Positions 53,476-58,653 of a DNA stretch of 58,653 nt are shown here, piece after piece; the stretch's first letter is position 1; each line of letters starts with the position of its first letter. The DNA is from Betaproteobacteria bacterium. GTDB lineage: Bacteria; Pseudomonadota; Gammaproteobacteria; Burkholderiales; Burkholderiaceae_C. The position numbers were made by a program, and so were the translations under genes. Below the pieces are notes generated by a model. It searched no databases. It was given only the letters and a program-made list of their open reading frames with translations, and was not told where the DNA came from. The stretch is taken from positions 1 to 58,653 of the forward strand of contig JANOTG010000038.1 of NCBI GenBank assembly GCA_031416215.1. The letters are read 5' to 3'.

Positions 53476-54453
53476 TTAAAGCGTCAACAAAACAGAGCCC
53501 CAGGTGAAGCCGCCACCGACGCCCTCGAGCAGCACCAATTGACCCGGCCGGATGCGGGAGTCACGCACACCAGCATCCAGTGCCAGCGGGATGGACGCCG
53601 CCGACGTATTTCCGTGCTGATCCACCGTGACCATCACCTTGTCCATCGGCAGACGCAGGCGCTTGGCGGTACTTTGCATGATGCGGATATTGGCCTGGTG
53701 CGGCACCAGCCAGTCAAGGTCGGTGGTCTGCCGGCCGGCCTTGGCCAGCACCGCCTTGGCCGAGTCTTCCAGCACACCCACAGCAAGTTTGAACACGGCC
53801 TGACCATCCATGGTCAACAGGGGGCTGCCGGTTACCTTGCCCCCCGACACCTGACCCGGCACACACAGGATGCCCGCGTGTTTCCCATCGGCGTGCAGAT
53901 CAGTCGCAAGAATGCCGGGGGTTTCAGAAGCCTGCAGCACCACGGCACCGGCGCCATCGCCGAACAGGACACAAGTGGTACGGTCAGAGAAATCGAGGAT
54001 GCGGGAAAAGACCTCGGCGCCAACCACCAACGCCGTGTTCGCAGCACCGCACTGGATCATCGCATCCGCAACGCTCAGCGCGTAGACGAAGCCGCTACAA
54101 ACGGCCTGCAGATCAAACGCCGCTCCACCAGACGCACCCAGCTTGTGCTGCAAAAGACAGGCTGTGGAAGGAAATACCATGTCAGGTGTCGACGTCGCCA
54201 CGATGATCAGGTCAACTGCCGAGGCCGCCACGCCCGCCGCTGCCAGCGCGCGGATACAGGCCTCCAGCGCAAGGTCGCTGCTGCACACCTCCGGGGCGGC
54301 GAAATGACGAGCCCGAATGCCGGTACGCTCGACTATCCAATCGTCGCTGGATTCGATGCCACTGGCCGCCAACTGTCGCACCAGATCTTCGTTGCTCAGC
54401 CTGTGCGGTGGCAAAAACGATCCGGTGCCGGTGATTCGTGAATATCGTCGCAT
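53476..54453 (-). CDS. fabH: 3-oxoacyl-ACP synthase III
   Basis: [22 protein letters not shown] and [10 protein letters not shown]. Confidence 0.97.
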   Translation of the reverse strand: MRRYSRITGTGSFLPPHRLSNEDLVRQLAASGIESSDDWIVERTGIRARHFAAPEVCSSDLALEACIRALAAAGVAASAVDLIIVATSTPDMVFPSTACLLQHKLGASGGAAFDLQAVCSGFVYALSVADAMIQCGAANTALVVGAEVFSRILDFSDRTTCVLFGDGAGAVVLQASETPGILATDLHADGKHAGILCVPGQVSGGKVTGSPLLTMDGQAVFKLAVGVLEDSAKAVLAKAGRQTTDLDWLVPHQANIRIMQSTAKRLRLPMDKVMVTVDQHGNTSAASIPLALDAGVRDSRIRPGQLVLLEGVGGGFTWGSVLLTL

Positions 54454-54460
54454 AACAATG

Positions 54461-55507
54461 TCAGTCGCCGCGGCCCGACTCTTCAGGATTGGCCGCACCC
54501 GCCGCTAGAACCGGCGCCGCATGGGCGATACGAATTTCCACTTTCTCGAGCAGCTTGTTTCTCGCCGAATCATACGCCCGCTCCAGCGCAAAACCAAAAC
54601 CCAACTGGTCAGCCGACCCATGGCTTTTGAACACCAGTCCGCGCAAACCCAGCAGGGCGGCGCCGTTGTAGCGCCGATGGTCGACGCGACGCTTGAATGC
54701 CGCCAACACCGGGTAGGCAACCGCGCCGGCAAACCGTGTCAACACATTGCGGGAGAACTCCGCCCGCAAAAAATCTCCGATCATGCTTGCCACGCCCTCG
54801 GTGGCCTTCAATGCCACGTTGCCCACGAATCCGTCGCAGACGACGATATCCACGGTGCCTTTGAAAATATCGTTGCCCTCGACATTGCCGGAGAAGTTGA
54901 GGTCGCCGGCCGCGCCGGCCGCGCGCAGCAACTCGCCCGCCCGCTTGATGGTCTCGCTGCCCTTGATGACCTCCTCGCCGATGTTGAGCAAGCCAACGGA
55001 CGGGCTGGGAACATTGTTGAGCACCGACACCAACGCAGAACCCATCACCGCGAACTGCAACAGATGGTGGGCCTCGCAATCCACATTGGCTCCCAGATCA
55101 AGCACCGTCGTGACCGTGCCACGGGCGTTAGGCAACTGTGTGGCGATTGCTGGCCGGTCGATTCCGACCATGGTCTTGAGCAGATACCGCGATATCGCCA
55201 TCAGTGCTCCGGTGTTGCCGGCCGAAACTGCGGCCTGCGCGTGACCGTCCCGGACCTGCATTATCGCCACCCGCATCGAAGAGTCCTTCTTGCGTCGCAA
55301 TGCAACCTCGATCGGATCATCCATGGCAACAACCTCGGTCGCCGGCAACACCCGCGCTCGCGGGTGCGAAAACCCGTTCAGACTGGATGACAACCCCACC
55401 AGCAGCAACCCGGCCTCGGGATGGCGCTCCAGAAATTGCCGGCAGGCCGGCAGGGTGACAGCAACACCATGGTCGCCGCCCATGCAATCCACAGCAACGG
55501 TGATCAT
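54461..55507 (-). CDS. plsX: Phosphate acyltransferase
   Basis: [29 protein letters not shown] and KSHGS. Confidence 0.97.
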   Translation of the reverse strand: MITVAVDCMGGDHGVAVTLPACRQFLERHPEAGLLLVGLSSSLNGFSHPRARVLPATEVVAMDDPIEVALRRKKDSSMRVAIMQVRDGHAQAAVSAGNTGALMAISRYLLKTMVGIDRPAIATQLPNARGTVTTVLDLGANVDCEAHHLLQFAVMGSALVSVLNNVPSPSVGLLNIGEEVIKGSETIKRAGELLRAAGAAGDLNFSGNVEGNDIFKGTVDIVVCDGFVGNVALKATEGVASMIGDFLRAEFSRNVLTRFAGAVAYPVLAAFKRRVDHRRYNGAALLGLRGLVFKSHGSADQLGFGFALERAYDSARNKLLEKVEIRIAHAAPVLAAGAANPEESGRGD

Positions 55508-55560
55508 CGCCATCACCGACGCCCTACCAGCGATGAATCACGGAAGTGTCCCATCAATAC

Positions 55561-55596
55561 AAAGGCCCGGTGCTACCGAGAAGATAGCACCGGGCC
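55561..55596 (-). terminator. Strong hairpin after rpmF (weak terminator or stabilising stem)
   Basis: 12-bp perfect stem ggcccggtgcta (55564-55575) / tagcaccgggcc (55585-55596) with only a short U-tail, consistent with partial read-through into plsX. Confidence 0.55.
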
Positions 55597-55613
55597 CGTG
55601 TTCATGCCATGTG

Positions 55614-55796
55614 TCAGGCTTCTGCTTTGGTCTTGACAACCTTGCGACCACGGTAAAAGCCGGTTGGGCTGATATGGTGGCGCAAATGGGTTTCACCGGT
55701 GGTAGGCTCCACTGCAATGCCGGGCACAACCAAGGCATTGTGCGACCGATGCATGCCTCGTTTGGACGGTGACTTCTTGTTTTGTTGGACGGCCAT
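55614..55796 (-). CDS. rpmF: 50S ribosomal protein L32
   Basis: [19 protein letters not shown]...HLRHH...GFYRG. Confidence 0.98.
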   Translation of the reverse strand: MAVQQNKKSPSKRGMHRSHNALVVPGIAVEPTTGETHLRHHISPTGFYRGRKVVKTKAEA

Positions 55797-55892
55797 GATC
55801 CGCTCCTTGCCAGTGATGCCTCCGAAACGAAGACACCGGGTTGTTTGAACTGCACCCTTACGGGCGAAGCTTTCGATTATAGCGCAGTCGCG

Positions 55893-56423
55893 TCAAGATC
55901 CTGACCGTCCCGACTTGTATCCGGCCAAAGACGCAAAAGGGTGAGGCCGCGGTTCTGGCCGAGCATCTGTCAGATTCTGCGTCGGACAGCTGTCGTGGCG
56001 GGCGATGTGGGGCAACTCCAGCACCAGTTCATCCTCCAGCAAAGCCGCGAGCGTGAATCCGGCATCCTGCACCAGCAGATCTTCCTCACAATCATCGTCC
56101 TGGGCGACAGCACTGGCTTCGTCGGGAACAAAGCGGAACCAACGGTCCACTCGCAATCGGATCTGTGCCGTGTCAAGGCAACGTTGACATGTCAGCGGAA
56201 CCACACAATCGGCATCGAGATGGAGCCATGTCTGCGGCTCACCAGAGACACTGCTCCGGCATTCCGCCCTCGCCTGCCATTGAACCGCACCCAAGGGCTC
56301 TCCCCCCGCACAGGCTTGGGCTACTCGGGCAAAGTCCCGAATGTCCACTGTGCCCCCGGTCTGAACACCAGCAAGGGCCAAGGCCTGGATGTCCAACGGA
56401 CTGTGCAGAGAAACAGACTTCAT
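55893..56423 (-). CDS. yceD: YceD/DUF177 family protein
   Basis: LTCQRCL, LLEDELVLELP and PHPFASL; directly upstream of rpmF. Confidence 0.92.
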   Translation of the reverse strand: MKSVSLHSPLDIQALALAGVQTGGTVDIRDFARVAQACAGGEPLGAVQWQARAECRSSVSGEPQTWLHLDADCVVPLTCQRCLDTAQIRLRVDRWFRFVPDEASAVAQDDDCEEDLLVQDAGFTLAALLEDELVLELPHIARHDSCPTQNLTDARPEPRPHPFASLAGYKSGRSGS

Positions 56424-56448
56424 GACGCCAGTGTAAGAGAATCCGGGC

Positions 56449-57042
56449 ATGCCAATCTCCGCAAACCGCAAGCTGATCCTGGGCTCGACATCACCCTACC
56501 GGCGTGATTTGCTGACGCGCCTGGGCATCAATTTTGAGGTCGTCGCGCCCATGGTCGATGAAATGCAGTTGCCTGGGGAGACGCCGCGACAGCTTGCGTG
56601 CCGGCTGGCCATGGCAAAGGCGCGCGCGGTAGCCGCGCTGTATCCGCAGGCCATTGTCATCGGCTCGGACCAGGTCGCGGACCTGAACGGAGCGGCGCTG
56701 GGAAAACCTGGCAGCCACGACGTGGCACGGGATCAGCTTCAACGCATGGGCGGCCAGTCGGTGACATTCCAGACCGCCGTTGCAGTCGTCTGCAAGGCGA
56801 CCCAGTTTGCCCAGATGGACCTGGCTCAGGTGCTGGTGAAATTTCGGGCCCTCGGAGACGCCGAGATTGAAGCCTATCTGCTGGCGGAGCAACCGTACGA
56901 CTGCGCGGGCAGTGCCAAAAGCGAAGGATTGGGAATCGTGCTGCTCGAATCGATTCACAACGACGATCCGACCGCCCTTGTCGGGCTGCCGCTGATCCGC
57001 ACCTGCCAGATGCTGCGCGCGGCGGGCATGGTGCTGTTGTGA
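56449..57042 (+). CDS. Maf-family nucleoside triphosphate pyrophosphatase (YceF-type)
   Basis: LILGSTSPYRR, IGSDQV, LGKP and CAGSAKSEG; divergent from yceD. Confidence 0.93.
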   Translation: MPISANRKLILGSTSPYRRDLLTRLGINFEVVAPMVDEMQLPGETPRQLACRLAMAKARAVAALYPQAIVIGSDQVADLNGAALGKPGSHDVARDQLQRMGGQSVTFQTAVAVVCKATQFAQMDLAQVLVKFRALGDAEIEAYLLAEQPYDCAGSAKSEGLGIVLLESIHNDDPTALVGLPLIRTCQMLRAAGMVLL

Positions 57043-57863
57043 CTGGGCCTGCCGGTGGCTCGGTCCCGGTGGCCGAAGGCGCACCGCCGGGTGGTGATGG
57101 GCGCCAGACCCTGGGTAGCTTGTTGCTGGTGCCGTCCCCGCTGGATTTCGGCTGCGCTCAGTTGGCGTCGTTGGACCAGGTCATGCCGATGGGCACATTG
57201 CGGCGGGCGGCACGACTGAGCCACTGGATTTGTGAAAGCGCAAAAACGACCCGGGCCTATCTCAAACGTATCGACGCCGTGCAAGCGCTGCAATGCCCGA
57301 TTCGCGACATGACGATCCAGGAACTGCCACGCACGGTCCACAAACACGGTGACCATCGGGGCGAATTCGACGCCAGACCGCTGCTGCGGGCCGCGTTGCA
57401 CGGACATGACATCGGTCTTGTCAGCGAAGCCGGCATGCCTGCGATTGCCGACCCGGGATCTTCGGTGGTACGCGCCGCGCATGATCTGGGGCTGACGGTG
57501 CAGGCCCTGGTCGGACCGGTCTCGTTGCTGCTGGCACTGGCAGCCAGTGGCCTGAACGGCCAGAGTTTTGCGTTTGCCGGCTACCTGCCGCAGGACCCGG
57601 CCGGTCGCGCGCGGCGCGCCCAGGAGCTGGAGCAGTTGGCACTGAAGAGCGGGCAGACCCAGGTCTTCATCGAAGTGCCCTACCGCAACACACACATGCT
57701 GCAAACCCTGCTGCAGACACTCGGGCCTGCTACCCGCCTCGCCGTGGGCAGTGGGCTAACCTTGTCACACGTGGCAATGCACAGTGCCAGCATCGCCCGC
57801 TGGAGGGCGGCGCCTTGGCCTCTGGACAATGCCACGCCGGCCGTCTTTGCCATCGGGCCATGA
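57039..57863 (+). CDS. SAM-dependent tetrapyrrole-methylase-family methyltransferase (RsmI-like)
   Basis: VSEAGMPAIADPG, LVGPVS, FAGYLP and FIEVPYRN. Confidence 0.85.
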   Translation: MTGPAGGSVPVAEGAPPGGDGRQTLGSLLLVPSPLDFGCAQLASLDQVMPMGTLRRAARLSHWICESAKTTRAYLKRIDAVQALQCPIRDMTIQELPRTVHKHGDHRGEFDARPLLRAALHGHDIGLVSEAGMPAIADPGSSVVRAAHDLGLTVQALVGPVSLLLALAASGLNGQSFAFAGYLPQDPAGRARRAQELEQLALKSGQTQVFIEVPYRNTHMLQTLLQTLGPATRLAVGSGLTLSHVAMHSASIARWRAAPWPLDNATPAVFAIGP

Positions 57864-57882
57864 CACACGTCATGTGCCACCG

Positions 57883-58653
57883 TCAACGGAATGCCGGCGC
57901 AAAGCGCAAGGCCTTGATCGCACCATCTCCGATCGCCGCTCCAAAACGCTTGACCAGGCGTTCGGCGACATTCTCCCGGCGCGTGTAGTCCACGATATCC
58001 TCGGCCTTGATGACATCACGCGCCACCATATCCAGATTGCCCAACTGATCGGCCAGGCCCAAATCGATGGCCTGCTGGCCGGTCCAGAACAAACCACTGA
58101 AAGTCTCTGGTGTCTCCTTCAGTCGCTTGCCACGCCCGGCCTTCACAGCATCGATGAACTGGCGGTGAATCTGGTCCAGCATCGCCTGGCTGAACGCCCG
58201 TTGACGCTCCGACTGCGGGCTGAAGGGGTCAAGAAAGCCTTTGTTCTCGCCCGCCGTCATCAGGCGGCGCTCGACACCGAGCTTGTCCATCAGCCCGGTA
58301 AACCCAAAACCATCCATCAGGACACCGATGCTCCCCACCACACTGGCCTTGTCGACAAAAATGCGGTCAGCGGCAACGGCAACGTAATATGCAGCCGATG
58401 CACAGGTTTCCTCGACCACCGCATACAGCGGTTTGTTGTGCTTGAGCCTGAGGCGTCGCAATTCGTCGTTGATGATGCCGGCCTGCACCGGGCTGCCTCC
58501 AGGCGAGTTGATCAGCAGCACGACTGCCACAGCGCCCTGATCCTCAAACGCCGCACGCACTGCCGTCAGCACCACTTCGGCGCTGGCCTCGCCGCCCGAC
58601 GATATTTCGCCCTGGATTTCGACCAGCGCCGTGTGAGGCGCCGACACATCGGG
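57883..58653 (-). CDS. S49 family peptidase (SppA-like), 5' end outside the window
   Basis: INSPGGSPV, CASAAYY, VGSIGV and FSGLFWTG; the frame runs off the window edge. Confidence 0.92.
   Translation of the reverse strand, partial: PDVSAPHTALVEIQGEISSGGEASAEVVLTAVRAAFEDQGAVAVVLLINSPGGSPVQAGIINDELRRLRLKHNKPLYAVVEETCASAAYYVAVAADRIFVDKASVVGSIGVLMDGFGFTGLMDKLGVERRLMTAGENKGFLDPFSPQSERQRAFSQAMLDQIHRQFIDAVKAGRGKRLKETPETFSGLFWTGQQAIDLGLADQLGNLDMVARDVIKAEDIVDYTRRENVAERLVKRFGAAIGDGAIKALRFAPAFR

Noticed and set aside
55614-55796. L32 lacking zinc-binding cysteines
   Set aside because: The Cys-free form is common in beta- and gammaproteobacteria, and the gene is in its canonical locus.
55876-55896. TTGACG plus TATAAT as a full sigma70 promoter for rpmF
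   Set aside because: The TATAAT (55881-55876) is plausible, but the TTGACG is only 9 nt away, far short of the roughly 17-nt spacing required.

Overview
A gene-dense, GC-rich core-chromosome segment from a betaproteobacterium. Gene order and protein sequences point to Burkholderiales, probably Comamonadaceae (inference). About 63 housekeeping genes fall into recognisable blocks: crotonase, nitroreductase and DEAD-box helicase; orn divergent from an M48 peptidase-phhB-rsgA run; rpsP-rimM-trmD-rplS; the TCA cluster (acnB, CitE-like lyase, mdh, GntR regulator, sdhCDAB, sdhE, gltA); leuC-entericidin-leuD-leuB-asd-fimV-truA-trpFBA-accD; yggT and lysS; rpoE-rseA-rseB-degP followed by lepA-lepB-DUF4845-rnc-era-recO-acpS-nagZ; and yceD-rpmF-plsX-fabHDG-acpP-fabF with maf, an RsmI-like methyltransferase and a partial S49 peptidase. 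I see no mobile element, prophage, CRISPR array, rRNA, tRNA or defence island, and no new multi-gene system. The interesting signals are small and intergenic, and the ORF track misses them. (1) A 32-codon leader ORF before asd ends in Thr-Lys-Ser-Thr-Thr and overlaps mutually exclusive hairpins, so it is a candidate attenuator. (2) pdxJ is missing from the recO-acpS slot, where a 35-codon ORF overlaps both neighbours. (3) A DnaA-box cluster sits between degP and lepA, away from any origin gene. (4) A terminator-like hairpin lies inside the probable lepA leader. (5) A '-10 hexamer, 6-7 nt, ATG' arrangement recurs and suggests leaderless mRNAs. All were read by eye and are hypotheses. Start codons were adjusted from the ORF track where homology or a ribosome-binding site suggested a better start.
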